DNA from: Psilocybe cubensis
Lineage: Eukaryota
NCBI GenBank assembly: GCA_017499595.2
Contig: CM039006.1
Location: 1,488,001-1,552,000 of the forward strand
DNA: 64,000 nt
Reading direction: 5' to 3'
Below the pieces are notes generated by a model. That model had not been told where the DNA came from and made no database searches. It saw only the letters and a list, made by a program, of their open reading frames with translations. Of this stretch, positions 20,619 to 35,610 are shown one piece after another. Positions within the stretch are counted from its first letter, which is position 1. Each line of letters opens with the position of its first letter. Both the position numbers and the translations under genes were made by a program.

Positions 20619-22639
20619 ATGTCATTTGAGGAGAAAGACCCTATTCCTTCGGCTGTTGTCGATGTAGAACACCAGAACTTGTCTATTGCCAGTGAAGAGG
20701 CGGGCTCAGATGTCCATCCAAGTTGGAAGAAAAGGATTCTTAGCTGGGGAGTTGAAGAGCGGGGTGGGTTCATTCACCACTTACAAAATGTAGATCTATA
20801 ATTTCATTTGGCCTCAAAACAGGCATACTACCTGTCCCTGTTGAGGAACGTACGGATGTGCAATTCAGCAAACTTTTTTACGTTTACTTTTCTTCCAACT
20901 ATACTATTCTCACGTGAGGCCACAGCAGTGATACAAACTCGCGCGAATCCACGCTGATATCGTTGATTAGGCTCTCATTGGGAACATTGGGACCGGTTGT
21001 CTTTCAACTCGGTGTTCGAGATTCTTGTCTTGTCATTCTTTTCTTTGGGGCTTTTTGTAGCATTTTTCCAGCATATTAGTGCGTCAAAATTTTGTGAAAC
21101 AATGGATTTTACAAACGATGGTATTCAGTTCAACATGGGGTGCATGTCTAGGAATGCGACAGATGACACTTTCTCGATATACATTTGGGTATGTGTACCT
21201 TGCATTTGTACAGAATCAATTTTACCTTTCACACAATAGGTACTACGGAGTGATTGTACCAAGTATCCTTAACTTGCTTGGCGTCATCGGCTTTGCTACA
21301 TTAAACTGCATTGTGGGAGGGCAGGCTCTGGCTAGTGTAACAAACGGGCACCTGAGTTGGACGTGAGTATTACATCAACTTTGAATCCCAAGTCTAAAAA
21401 CAGCTAAAAACGCAATTGTATCAGAGTAGGAATTGTCGTTTTCACAGCGGTATCTGTTATTGTATCGTTCTTTGGATACAAGTTCCTTCACTGGTACGCA
21501 TTTCATCCCCCACTACATAGAATAAACAATTGATTTTACATAAGGTTTGAACGATATGCGTGGATACCCGTAGTTATCACTACGATCATCGCAGTAGGCG
21601 TAGGCTGGAAACATCTGGGGAACCCTCCTCCTCCTGTCCCTGTATCCGCCCCGTCGATCTTGGGATTTGCGGGGACTCAGGCAGGCTTCCTTATAACTTG
21701 GTCGGGATTTGCTGCAGATTATGGGAGTTATCTTCAACCTGAAAAATCGACGTATGTGATCGAATAATTGGCTTCAATTATTTCCAAATTTTGATGATTT
21801 TATTTCTCTCTAGGTGGAAAATCTTTTGGTGGTCTTTCTTTGGAATCTTCGTGCCTAATGTAGGATGCAATTTCTCTTCAGCTTCTAGTTCTACGTTTAT
21901 GATTGGTGTTTACATTTGAATCTACAGGTCATAACGCAATCTATCGGTGCTGCCTTTGCCGTGGCCGCAACGTCAGTCCCTGCCTGGAGTGATGGATTCC
22001 AGGGCGGAGGCAACGTAGGTGGACTTATCGAAGCGGTTTTCCAACCTCTCGGAAACTTTGGAAAGTTTTTAACGGTCATAATGAGCCTTTCCGTGGCCCC
22101 GAACTTAGTTTCCATATTATATTCGGCATCTCTCAACTATCAAATAATTATTCCCCGGCTCTTCGTGGTTCCTCGCTATGTCTTCACTATTCTCACTGCA
22201 GCAATGTGCGTAATTTCTGTTTGGAGCCATTTCCGCTTATACACCGCTAATACAATTGGACAGTGTATTACCCATCTCCATCGTTGGTGCCCATAGGTTT
22301 GATGCCGCAATCACGAACTTCCTGGGATTGATCGGGTATTGGGCGTCTGTTTACGTTATTGAGCTCTTCATTGAACATATCTGGTTCCGCTCCAACAATT
22401 TTGACAACTACGACAGGGAAGTGTGGAACAGCCCCAGGCGCCTTCCATGGGGCTTAGGCGCGCTCGGTGCAGGGTTTCTGTCATTCGGGTTGATAATCCC
22501 TTGCATGAGTCAGGTGTGGTTTACAGGTCCTATTGCAAAGCATACAGGGGACCTAGGATTTGAGATTGCCCTTGTCATAAGCGCAATACTCTACCCTCCA
22601 ATTCGGTGGATTGAAATCAAACTCATGGGACACTTGTAA
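20619..22639 (+). CDS. Purine-cytosine permease (NCS1/FCY2-like), paralog of 8069-10059
   Basis: Peptides WGVEERG, GFATLNCIVGGQALASV, FERYAWIPV, GGNVGGLIEAV, NFLGLIGYW and WFTGPIAKHTGDLGFE; similar intron layout. Confidence 0.9.
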
Positions 22640-23317
22640 TCCTTGCCACTGAAAATTTGAACCTGTCTGTAAAACGATTCTCTGTAATAAACTTTGGGCT
22701 AAAATTTAACCAGTCAATTTTAAGACACTTTTTTTCATACGCTCGATGGGTCAACATTGTACATTACGCAACGGCCGATTGAAACAAAATACGAGCCCCT
22801 TGCCGTCTCATGTCTATATATAGACCTTAGCGCCCATGAATTTCCACCACTTTTTGTGATTCAAATGGTTATGAGGCCTTTACACGTATTATTGAGCAAC
22901 TGATTTAACTCGCTATCCATTGAATACGTTCGGCGGAATTTACTTTTTCAACTATAACAAGGCAATCTTTCCATGAGCATTGCGGACTGCCGTATTCCGA
23001 GAAAAATAGGGGCTCTCAATCCGGGGTACAGGACAAATAGGGGCACTGTCATTTATCATGTGTGCCAGTGAATCCGTGTTCAACTCAGGTACCAGTTACT
23101 GGGCGCAATACAATCGGCAATCTTTCGAGAACCTTCTCCACAGTGTCGGGGTATCGCCCATATCCTCTGCACATGTATCATAAATGATACTTTTCTTTGT
23201 TAATAAACCGTTCTAAGTATGAGCTTTATGCCCTTATGTGTGAAGCCTCAAGAATTCTCTCCGAGGAAGATGGTATTAACACGCGACTAATATGCATTCT
23301 GAGCGGGTATCAACAAA

Positions 23318-24600
23318 TTAAGAGTATGAAGAGAATCTGGCGGCAACCTTGGAAAGGCTATCTTGAGAATGTCGTTGGGTAGTGTCCTCGCTGACCAGTT
23401 TATCTCGTTGGCTAATCATCCCCATTTTAACATTCCCTGATACCATCACTGTGTCTGAATCAGAACCCACTGATGCTGGCTTCTTCCATTCAATCCTATC
23501 ATCCGTTGCATCGGCGCCAGAGCCATTCCTAAATAAATAGGACGTAAAAGCAACCACGTTGCAGGAAAGTAGCGATAAAACGGCCTTACGACGATTGTAT
23601 GGTCAATAAATTAGATGTATGACAAGTAACGGGACGATATCTTACCTCCAATTGGGACAGCATTCCGGTTACAAATGGTTGGCCAGGGCCGTCGATGTTG
23701 GGACTATATGAAAATACCCCAAAGACGATCGAGGAAAGAAGAACGAGTGTGAAGGCAATTAAAAGGCCCATTACAAGTTTATACTGGCCACGAGAGAGAG
23801 GAAGGACGAAAAGAATGAACATGGGATAGAGAACCAGTACGCAACAAGAAAATATGTCGGCTGATTCATCGTCAAATAATTTCTCAACGGTAACACATGT
23901 CGAATGAAACATACCAGAGAAACTAGCAATAACCAGAAAATGTCTTTCGTTACTGCAATCCAAAATGTCCGTCCGGGACGTCATCGCATCACTGGAAGAT
24001 GGGACGCAAGCACTCGTGCATAACCAGCAGATAAATCCAATGTAGAATATACCGAAGGATATAGCAATCCCTCTGCAATTCCTTCGAATAGTTCCCCAGT
24101 CAGGGAATATCCGTGTTATAGATAAAATCATGGTGATACGAGTGAGCCTGAATGTTAGAGTTAAAGACTAAGTCACTGAAAAGAAAAGGTTCAAGAACAT
24201 ACCATAAGGTGGTTATCCACGCGATCGATGCAAACCAATATAACGCAACTCTGCCTTTCACCGTAGAATTGTCTAGCCGTAGAGTATAAGTGTTGCAGTT
24301 CATAATTCCATATTTTTTTGCAACGACGCACCGTCTTGGACATAGACGAACCACATAACGATCATACCAACTAATTCCATGACAAGCGCCAAAGCCACTG
24401 TGATATCGTCCACCCATAACGTCTGCCTTCGATGTCGCAGGAAGAGCCGTAAAGCAGTAATCGCAATAGCTAACAACTGAAGAACCGTCACCACAGCTGG
24501 TGAATGATGTTTTAACAGAGAAACTTAAAACAGATAAAATTATGACGCACCTTTCCAAGTCGTTGCCGACTGCAGCGGAATATTCATCCTGGCCGACGCT
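23318..24600 (-). CDS. Integral membrane protein, fungal rhodopsin/PTH11-like; start uncertain
   Basis: Hydrophobic exons including LLAIAITALRLFLRHRRQTLWVDDITVALA and several further TM-like segments. Confidence 0.6.
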
Positions 24601-25634
24601 CAAAAATTACAGCAAGGCCCCGTTTGGTTTAATGATTAAAACGAGTGTTCAAGAGGGATGGCTCGAAGGCTTCGCTGCCCTTCCCTCGTCGGTTTTGAAG
24701 TGGCGGAAATCCCCTAATATCCTGGGAAAATCCAGGCTTTCATTAAACAACATATGTAAGTTGACGCCCAAGAAGGGAATCCCAAGAGCGTCAATATCCG
24801 AGGGTCGGGTCTGCGTTGTCAGATTTGCAGGTTGTGACCAGCTTTGATCGTAGTATGGCTTTGTATGGGACAACCTACATCTTGTGAAATGAACTTAGCC
24901 CTGTCGAGATCAGTCTCATCATTATGGTCTACGATGATCAAGTGTCTCTTGAGCATTTTAATACCACCATGTTTGGGAAGTGAATAGACCTGTTGGTAGG
25001 AGGTGCGCGTTCAGACGCGCAATAGCCCAAAAATATCCCACTGAAAGTTGTATATCATTCTCACCACGTGTAGCAGGTTTCACACAAATCCCCGAGGGTT
25101 GAACACATTCATGGTCGACTGCCACAAAATCTTGATAGATTTCGAGAAACTGTGGATTGACTCGAGATTTCGCTTGGCCAGGTTGTACCTGAAAGTGGGG
25201 TAAAGGGGGAATTTCAAATAACCGATGTTAGCGACTTGAGCGACTTGAGGAACATCCCGGGTGCTCTCGAACATACAGGACACAGAATCAAAACTTGGAA
25301 AGTGAGTGGGAACAGTGGATTATGGGTGGAGGCCGCCACAATCCCTCTAGATCTACTTTGAGAGGCCGACGCAATTCAATCCAATGGTGATGGTCGCTTC
25401 TTATTTGCACCTTAACCCATTGGCCAATGTCGACGGCATTCCGTGTGGAGTAGAGTCCAGACAAATAGTTCCTTCGACCTCATACTGGTCTCTTGCTCCC
25501 CCGATACAAATCATCAAGGAAATTGTAGATGTATTTCGAATTCGATTGAATGGAATTCTGGATTAACAAAAGTAAGTTAGGTAGATCCGGAACAAAACCC
25601 CTCCGTGTCGAAAAGAAACATCAAAACCATCCAG

Positions 25635-28600
25635 TCAAGCCAATTCAGAATGTTGGAGCGGCCCTCGCGACGTACCAGCCATTGGGATACAGCAGATCCT
25701 TTTCCATGCATAGAAATGGTCTACGCCACCCCATTCTGACCAGGCACTGAGACCAAGGATGCCGAAATGCAGCAACGCCAATCCCACCGTCACCCACACG
25801 CCCCGGACACGAGAACCTGTGCGCAATTGCCTCTCCGTACCTTCATCCTCATGGTCGATGACTGTATCGGAAACAGCAGCCACCAAGAGTAAGGCTACAA
25901 CCACAGGACGTGGGCGCGTTGCGGGGTTCAAACAAACACGTGATATCGTAAGAACCTTCACAACCAACAAAGAACTGCGAATGAGGCGCAGACCGAGCCT
26001 ATTACGGCTATGATGCCAGTTTTTGCCCGCCGGGACTCCCTTTTTGCTGCGACGCCCCTTTTTGACAGGAAAAAAGACTCCTGTCAGCAACGGCTTCCAC
26101 ATCTTCCACGTGAGCCAATTTCGCAAACTGGTCTCCTCTGGACCAAGCACTTCGACAGGGGACGGAAGTGCAAGAACGCGTGTAGGCTCACTGTAGTCTT
26201 CGTTTTTAATCGTGTCAGGGGCACCAGATGCAGATGAAACTGAGAGTTCACCGCGAGGACGAGCAAGGGGTAAATTTTGCGATGGAATCTCGGCCAAAGG
26301 ATCGAGCTAAAATCCTCGTGTTTAATTTTATTACAGACGAAGAAGGCGATATCAGCACGTACTTTCCCCTCTCGAATCGCAGTAACTACTCGCTCAACGC
26401 TCGGCCTTCCCACAGGTGTTTTATGTAGCAGATTTTCCAACAAAACGAGAAACGCGCGGGGCAGCCGCCGATTTTCAAAGCCAGTAACCATGCTTGGAAC
26501 TGATTTGAAACTAGGGAAAAAAAGTTAAATGACGGGAGTTCGCATAGTATGTGAAGTCTACATACCCAGGATACTCCTGGACTTCTTTTTCAAGTCTCTC
26601 CATCTTCCCGCCTTCATCTTCTCTACTAATAGGTTCGCCGTTTGCATCACCCACCGATGCGTACCTGCGAAAATGGATTAAACAATTATAATATAAATCT
26701 TCGAACGATACAAACCTGTAAGGCAACTTGAAGAACAACAATTTGTGCAAAATCATGCCCAAGCTCCACATATCAGCTTTCGAGTCTATCTGTCGCAGCA
26801 TGCCAGTTTCTGGCGACGGAAGAGATTCTGGAGCCGTGTACTCCAAGCTATGTTTGCATATTTAATCTCAGAGCAGTGCATCGTAAAAAGAGACCCTTAC
26901 GTTCCAGTATTTCCCGAACGAGGCACGCGCGACGAATTAATCATATCTCGTGATGTGCCAAAGTCTGAGAGCATAGCGCGTGGGCTGTAAGAAAGAAGAA
27001 GGGTTAATTTCAAAGAGGTAACACAAAGTTAATACACATACATAAGTTTTCCCTCGTCCCAAGTCAGCAACACATTGCCTGGTTTCAAGTCGAGATGTAA
27101 TATGGACTTTCCGTGCTATGAAACCCTTGAGTAAAATATATAAAAAAGGTGATATCAAGTAAGGACGTACCAAGAATGCTAAACCTTCTGTAACATCACG
27201 AAACAAGCTCGTGACCTCCTGCGCACTGAGCAAGTGAACGGCTGTCCACTGAGTTTTCGCAGTGCCCGCGGGCCCTTCTCCAGGCCCTGTACCAAAAACG
27301 TTTTCCATCTCGCGCCTCATCCGCTCTTTCTCCTCAGGCGGTGCGCGCTGATAAGCACGGAAAGCTTGTATACGTGCAGCTCTGGATTGAGCATCCTCAG
27401 GTTTGGATGGGGAATGGCGTGGTTCAGCACCAGGTGATTCTGTAGCAAATCGAGTATGTTTGAACGAGGCTGCTGTCGGGGTTGGAGTAGTCGGCACCTC
27501 TCCTCCCGGAAGTTCATTGTTTGACGATGCGGGAGAAGGAGGTACGGATGGTGTGAAAACGGACGAGGTTGAGGAAAGAAGAGGGTGCATATGGATATGC
27601 GCTGGTTTACGTCCCAGGCGAACGTCTATAAAGTCATCGAGGCTGCTGCAATCAGTACCATTGAATTTTCACTCAAATCGTTTCTTACCTTCCTCCTTCC
27701 GCCCATTGCATGAGTACACTGCAAAGAAATTAACACACAGCTGATGATTACGTCGATTATGAAAACCTACTGAAGAGTGGGCACGGTTGGACCGAAAGAG
27801 GAAAATTGGGAATTTTCTAGCCATGCGTGACTAAAAATTGTTTAAGAAAATACCTCAGATAAATAAGACTGCTGTTGAAACCTACTGGTATGTAATGATG
27901 TTTGGGTGATGCAGACGCTCGAGCAGGCGAACTTCGCGTAGTATTTTGAGCAAGTAAGAATGTGACTCGCCAACTGCGATTTTTTTCACTGCAAAATGGC
28001 CTAAAGGGTTGCCGTCGAGAACGTGCTGAATCAACGTCAGAAAACGCATACATTCAAACTATTTCAACTGACATACCTGACAAAGGAATACACTGCCGCT
28101 TGCACCCATTCCGAGTTTGTATTCTTCTTGGAAAAAGGTTTTAAAGTAGCCTTGTGCCATTTTTTCTGCAGGAAATGCACCCTTGGTACTGCGGTTATCG
28201 GGAGTGCGCGACCTTTCCCTTGGACGACGGCGTTCTTCGCCCTCATGATTGCCCTGGTTGTGAGAAGGACTGATACTCGGTCTCCTGGATCCCGATGTAA
28301 CTGAAGCAGTTTCGTTTGCAATAGCGAGAAGGCGAAAATAATCTGAGGCTCTTGAATGATATGCTGGATCAGTGCTCACGGCCTGAACTTCCCCAGAGTC
28401 TTCGTCATCTTCATCCGACGTGTTTATGTAACCCCACGCATCCTCATTCTCCCGAATCCCGCTTTCCTGCCCTAAGCTTGCCTCAGGGTGTGTTGTAGAA
28501 GATGGGTATCCTGAAAAGCCAGCCGGCAGAGATTGCTTACAATACGGACAGGCATTCGTAATGAGCCTCGTGTTATTGCTGATCTCCTCGCGTCGCATTC

Positions 28601-28877
28601 GACTTGCGACAACGACACCGGAGGCGAGCTCCTCGGAAGCAGCTGCAGAAGCCACTGAGAGAGCGTGCGATCGTGGGTTGTATAGTACCACTTGATTCGA
28701 CGAATGTAAGATAGGTTGCCATAACTCTTGGGCGGTGACAGTGTGAATGTGGTGGTTGCCAGAGAAATGTGAATTTGAGTGTCGTCCACGCTCAAAATGG
28801 GGTCGGTGTTGGGTTGATGGTATGGAAATGAGAGCCTGGGAGGAGGATTCAGCGTAAGATGTGGTCATTGTATTCAT
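25635..28877 (-). CDS. IKS1: Ser/Thr protein kinase, IKS1-like, with a C-terminal hydrophobic region
   Basis: GYFKTFFQEEYKLGMGASGSVFLCQ, HLDLKPGNVLL, DFG, GTLEYTAPE and DMWSLGMIL; N-terminal QVVLYNP and CPYC. Confidence 0.8.
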
Positions 28878-29892
28878 TAAACGGGTTTATTGAAAATATG
28901 GGGTATTTTCTTGGTCAACGTTAGACATACTCCCGAACGGTGTGGATCTCACAGACCGTTCCAAGATCCCGTCTACGGCTCAAACGACTCGATACTGAGT
29001 CAATGCCCGTGAAAGGTGCTTGATGGATTTGAATTATGTCCGCTGCGCGCATGCTCTCGAAGACGAAAGCCTACCTTGTAAATGTTCCTCTGAGTCTGTG
29101 ACTCTCTCTACAGCAATCGTACACGATTTTTGAGCTGGAGATTTCGAGCTCGGAAGCGAATGGAGTACCCGACCTCGTAAGATTCCGTCAAAGATACTTG
29201 AGAAGCGTCTTCAGTGGGATAAAAGTATTGTACACATTCGCATTGCGATGAATGAGTGCAAAGGAGCGCAGCGCCAACGTGTGGGGCCAACACGGGTATC
29301 GGTCCCGTATTCGTTGAACGTCACGTGACAGACGTGTAGACTACGGCAACGCGGCGCAAGAACTTCGACCGTTTTCACCAACTCCACAAGAGCCGCGAAA
29401 GCTTGATTTGCACGCGTTGGCAAACTAGAGACAATCAAGGGACGTGGTTGTTATCCAGCCGCGCACTCCTCTCAAGACTACGCGTCCTTCATGAATCATT
29501 GGATGCTGCTTACTAGTTGTCAACTGTTAGTATGTACTCCCGTTCCGCACTCAATCGTTCTTGTCTTTATTGAAGATCAAATGCTAAACAAAGCATGACA
29601 TTTCTGTAGACTCATGTCAAGTAGCTCAATGAAGTCGCGTCCACGGTGTATTGACTACAATTGACATTGACACCTCGTAACCTCAGACCCTGCAGTCCTT
29701 AGTCGAAAATAAATTAACGCGCATACTTCAATTCATTTTGGAATAACGGCTTCCAATGCAAAACCAGTACTCAGGGAAGATATCTGTCCCATCCTGCGGT
29801 ATATATACAGAACGCAAGACCCCAAATGACATCTGCCATTCAACTGCCAGCACTTCCAGGTGATACCAATTACTCACGACTCGAGTCTTACG

Positions 29893-31622
29893 ATGATCAG
29901 CGAGATTGAGAAAAGGCTATTTCAGCAGCGTTCAAATAGGTATCTCACTGGTGAGTGAAGTGTTAGAACCGTAGCATCTCAGCGCCTTCACATTATTCCT
30001 CATAGCGGCAGCAACCACTTGTCTCATTTATGAACATGGTTCGTCTATTAACCTCAAACTACATCAAAACTCCGATGTGCTCACAGGTCCAGTTATCACA
30101 TTCCCAGATGAGGTTCGTTTCTCATTTCGTTTTTCTTCTTCTGGGGATCTACAGTTAATAAATGATTACTTTGAGATCAGGTCAAACTTGTTTGGGCATG
30201 TTCCACGGATCCGCTTTCATAACAGCTTGATGACTTTAACTATAGCGACATCCTGGTGGTTGGAACATAGCAAAAATACTCTTCGTGATAGTAAGTACTC
30301 CAACTTGAGTCTTCTTATCTTGAACATTAACTCCGAATATTGAACCATTAGACGCGATATGTGGCACTTTTCAACCAATTGTAAGAATTTATGTTGTCAT
30401 GGTATCTCGAAAACTAAATGGACTGTGTTGCTACTACTTAAAGCTACTGCCTGTACATCTATGGTATGTATTAAATGGATCAGCAACTATACGAGCGATT
30501 TCAAATGAAAGTGAAGTATTGGCACCTCAGTCATACGACTCTATATTCAAGGTATTCTCTTCATCGTACATGATTTGGGATGAAATTCACCCATCTTGGG
30601 TCGGTTCCACAGAGGTCGGTCACCTTTCGCATGACCTCTCATCTGTCCGAATTCAACGGGGCACTTGCCATGCACAACTGTACAATGTTTTCTGTTATAT
30701 ATTCACATCTCAAATTGGTCCAGATCTCTTGACAACTCGGTTTATCTCACCATCGAATCTTATATCGCCCTCGTTCCATTTGTGTCTATGCAAGGTACCA
30801 CCATCCCTTTTTTATCTCTGGTCTAGTAATATTTTCTGATCACCACAAAGGAATCATGGTCTGCCGTATCTCGAGCATGACAAACTATAATCGCAAACTC
30901 ATTCAATTTGTGGCCGTCGCCTGCATATTGGAATACCTTTCTGCTAACGCACTGAAAGCGTTCTGTGACATATCAGCTGTCCGTAAGTCCAAATCCAAAC
31001 TCTGTTATGGCAGCCCACTTGTGGTATGAATGTCCTCTTTTGTTTTGTAGATCTTCGTGACCCAGCTCCTGGTGTTCACCTATGCCTCAAGGTCCCTCAT
31101 ACAAACATCTTCTACGTTCCCCCTATCCCGACAATGTTCGTCGATATTCTACTTCTGTCTTTATCAGTCTGGGGAGGAATACACTACTACCGCACGCAAA
31201 CAACCATGCCTCGGCCCAACAACGGCTTTCGTTCTCTGTCATATATACTGTTTCGAGACAGTATCATGATTCCTTTCATGTGAGCCATCGCCCAATTTCC
31301 TATCATGTCCTATAGGACTACGTCACTCAATGCCTGTGTAGAACCTTAAGCTTCCTGCTCGCAGCATCAATCGCATTACTTCGCTCATACGTAAGTCAAC
31401 AGCCTCAATTATCAACCCATTCATCTCGCCTCTAAGTTTGCCTGTGTGGTACTATTCCAGTTTTCCGTCTTTCAATACGTATACGTGATCATCGTATGGT
31501 GTCCAGGAATCGCCGGTCCAAGGCTAATTCTAAACCTACGAGAGGCATACTACAAGCCGTTCAAGGACGAGTGCAACAGAGAGTGGGATGACGACATAGA
31601 TCTAGATCTAGAGCGCCCGTAG
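29893..31622 (+). CDS. Agaricomycete membrane protein (DUF6533-like), many small exons
   Basis: N-terminal CLIYEH..ITFPDEV motif, ILFRDSI and C-terminal PRLILNLREA. Confidence 0.6.
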
Positions 31623-32536
31623 AGCAACCTAATTATTTATTAAAATCTACAGTCTGTTGTTCAGCTCTATCATACAAATTCTCCTGATTCCTCCGTCTCT
31701 CGTTGTATCCGCGTAAGATATCGTACATCATTGTGTTCCTCGAGGTATAACCATCGTCATCAAAAAGGTCATCTCTACATGGCACCTTGACTGCGTGAAA
31801 TAATATACCTTTTCACACACATTCATATCAATCTCTTCATAATCATCCTCGTAAGAAAAACAAACACCCACCATGCATGAATCACACCCGGTATCCATCC
31901 CAAAATGGACAAGCACACATTTATCCAGAAATCAGCCGCACATCCCCGCTTTAGGAAGACAGATACGGGAGGTAAAAAGCTGTATCGTCATGTAGTTGTT
32001 AACAACAGCAAGCCTTGTATCAACGTGAGACGGGAGACGGCGGCTTACATGGCCAGGAAATAAAGGAACATGTCATAGTTTGACGAAACAACAGTAGCCA
32101 TCTTCGAATTTGTGGTAATTTAGATTGGTATAATCAATATATATCTGTGTGAGCTATTGATTAGAGTGGTATCTGGATGAGTGCAGTGTCAAGGGAGACC
32201 GCTCCAGCTAAGGTTTAAATACTCGTTGCATACACGTTCTGATACATTACTAAGTAACACCTACTTAGGTCATAAGGATAACAATAGATTCAGAACATGA
32301 GGCAATGAAATGTGTTATGACGTCATATGGCTCCTTTCCACAGGTGATCTGGACTCAGGGGGAAACAGAGGAGTTCTGGAGTAATCGCAATCTCCTGTAA
32401 CCCATACCCATAAAGTGGAATTTCAACGTGTGCCATTAGGAGCTATACAGGGGCAAAATGGAGCTGTTCAAACGAATGGCGAAGAATGAAAAGCAACATG
32501 AGATATTAACATTAAAGCACCTGCAGTGACGGATTA

Positions 32537-34893
32537 CTACTCTCTTGTTGTAGATCGTATGAAATCTTCAATAGCTTTACTTCGTGGCCGTATAGAACAC
32601 TTGAAAGGCAAGGGAATACTACACACAAAACAGCCATAAGCATCCCGTATATCAAGTTCCCGACAACGCTACATACCGAATGATCCCAGATCCATATTCA
32701 TGGTCCAGACCACCACTCTCATCCACCCTGGCAATATCAAATGCCGAAATAAACGACGCAACGGTAATCCATACTGAAGACGCAGCCATATACCGTCCTG
32801 GACAAATTCTGAAAATGATACAAGCCCAGTCACGAAATGAAGCGAAAGGTATTAGGAGCATTGTGTACATACCTTCTTCCAAACCCCCAGATCGCATGTC
32901 CCGGATCTTTGACACTCTTATTTAACTGACCTTTGTTAGTGAGAAATCGTTCAGGTTTGAATGCGAAAGGCTCTGGATAAACAGTTTCGTCATGAAGCAT
33001 CGCCCTTGTAAAATGTAAGAGACTGCAAGGAGTAAACAACTGGACGCGTGCAACGTACCATGAATTGGCCATAATAATGGAACCTTTAGGTATTCTATAC
33101 CCATTATATTCACTCTCTGCGCTTGCGCGGTGTGGTAATCCTATCTCAACCATCCCAATTAGCCAAAGCTAACCAATACCCGCCCAATGTCAACCATAAC
33201 CATACCTAAAGGCGTTACCTCCCTCCACCGCATACTTTCTTTGATAATTGCAGTAACAAACGGCAACGAAGCTTCGTCGTCAAAGTCTGGAAGCCGTCCT
33301 GGCTTAACCACACTGTCAATCTGAGCTTGAGCCTTCTTGAAGACGTCGGGGTGGTTGAGTAAGGCTAAGATACACGTAGCGACGGCTGCCATCACCTGTA
33401 CCGAAAGGGATATGTAAAGTGAGAAGATAATATAATCGAGGTGCTAAATTGATTCTAATACATACCGAATCTGCACCAGCTGTAGTATACGCTTAAAATG
33501 AGGGAAGATGTAGGATGGATGAATGAATGCAAACCCACCTCCGTACAAGGTCGCTGCAACCGATTTAATATCCTCCTCTTGTGCATCCCTATCAAGCCTC
33601 TCATCAATCTTCCCCAAGCTCATCGAACAAAACGAAACAAGAGGCGTTCCCCTCTCCTACAAAATAATCCTTTAATTCTCAAAAACCAATAATCACATTG
33701 ACTACATAACAGCAATTACAACTCACAATCTCCCGTTTAGCATCCTCATACGGTACATCCCGCATCCTAAACGTCGCCTGGCGCCATTCCCGCGCTTTCC
33801 TCTTAAACTCTGCACCAGGGAACCACTCAGGGACATATTTCAACGCAGGGATAAAGTCGACCAGGAATGTGCCTGGTATAATCGCAGTGAGAACCGGCTC
33901 GGTGCCATCTTCCGCTATAGTAATGTACTTGTCGTGTTTCGAAGCGATCTCGATGCCGTAGGTGGAAGAAAGCACTGCCTCTCCGGAAAGTCTGTAGACA
34001 TTGTATTGTAATTTGTATTACTATTAGTTCATGAATCATAGCCCTGGAATACGTACAAACGGAGCTCGCCCATTATATCATCTTGATCATCCAACAACCG
34101 ACGAAGAAACCTCCTTGCAGAGTTTATTTCTTGCGGTCGGTATTGCTTCGCCGCGGAAGGATGGAAAGCGTGGTGCATCAGCCGCCGGGATCGTCGCCTG
34201 AATATCCGAAATAGAATGTGGGTTCCAGTCAGTCAATGATAATATTACTGTCGTTATCATGGACAAGGGAAAAGGTGTGAGGGAACGTGTGTTTACCATC
34301 GTTCGCCTAAAGATTTATGTATGTAACTTGTAAGTAGATCAAGGAACACAAAAGGACACGCAAATACCATAATCCATAAAACCGAAATTAAAATCCAACC
34401 CCATGAGCTCATTCACCATCGGTAGTCGAGGCCTTGGACTAAACCATTAGCATCCAACGACAGAGCCTACGACGCTAACGCAATACAGGTACACACCTGC
34501 CGGAATTTATCGTCGACTTTCTTTCCAACACCTCCTGTGCCGCGCGATACGAGTCAAGAACTATAATATGCGTTCCTCCAGCGTTGAGGTGCAGGATATC
34601 CGTATCTAATTAATTAAAGGGCAAACGGCTGACTTAGTACTAGGCCCACATCAAGCGTAAAAAAAGGCAATCCGAATTGACACACCAAAATCTTTGCACC
34701 ACCTATGATACACCTCCCATTCAAACCTATGCGGCATATCCAACAGATTCCCAATGATAGGATAACCCTTGGGTCCGGGTGGTAAAGGCAAACGACTCGA
34801 TTTCCATCTAGCCTTCAAATACAGAGCCGAGATACATAAGAACGCGAGTGAGGCGAAAGTGTCGAGGGCGGGGACGGACGGTGCCATGGACAT
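32537..34893 (-). CDS. Cytochrome P450 (CYP64/CYP5144-like), multi-exon
   Basis: LPLPPGPKGYPIIGNL, ExxR (ESMRW), PERF and heme motif WGFGRR|ICPG split by an intron. Confidence 0.93.
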
Positions 34894-35610
34894 GCTTGCT
34901 TGCTTCTTCCTTCAAACGATGGCGGCGGGGGGAAGGGAATAGGGATACGCGATCATGTTTTGACGGTGATTGACATCTTAAGTAAAGAAAGAAAGAAGAA
35001 AGGCTTGACTGAATCAATTGTTACCAAACGTCCAATTGAACACGATGATATTACCGAAGCTAACCTTTTTGAATTTGAATGAACAAGTTTGACATTATAT
35101 TTAAAATGATTAAATCCCACGTCCACGTCCACGTCCACGGCGTCCATGTCCATGTCCATGTCCCCATCTGAATCTATTAGTATTAGTATCACTTAGTATT
35201 AGTAAAACTATAAGGATTCCCCCAACTTCAAGTCTCGGCAAGAGGCAAGAGGATATAACATCAATAGCGAGCGACACGAATTAAGAATAAAACCCGCGCC
35301 ACATTCGTTGCGTTGACCTTCAAGAAATTAGAATGTCCTGGCTCAGGGTTATCGTTATAGGTTTAGTACACAAAAAATCGTAAAGTTCACGTCAAAATAC
35401 AATTTAAATTCGCATATTTTTAGTTTTACTTGCTCACAATCGCCAAAGTGATATTTGACAATCAATTAGATGGAGTTTCTTCTGCCTTCAAACTTCAGAT
35501 CGCCGACATATCCTTAACTTGGGCTCAGAGGGACACGGTCAACGGGCAATGCCATGGGCATTCAATATTCAACCAGGACTAACCAAGCTATCGAATGATC
35601 TATCAACGTT

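Noticed and set aside
28935-28962. Small hairpin GAACGGT...ACCGTTC upstream of the IKS1 start
   Set aside because: A short stem of this size is expected by chance in 64 kb; no other support.
35119-35162. (CACGTC)n/(CATGTC)n hexamer run upstream of the P450
   Set aside because: Simple-sequence repeat; a regulatory role cannot be supported from sequence alone.
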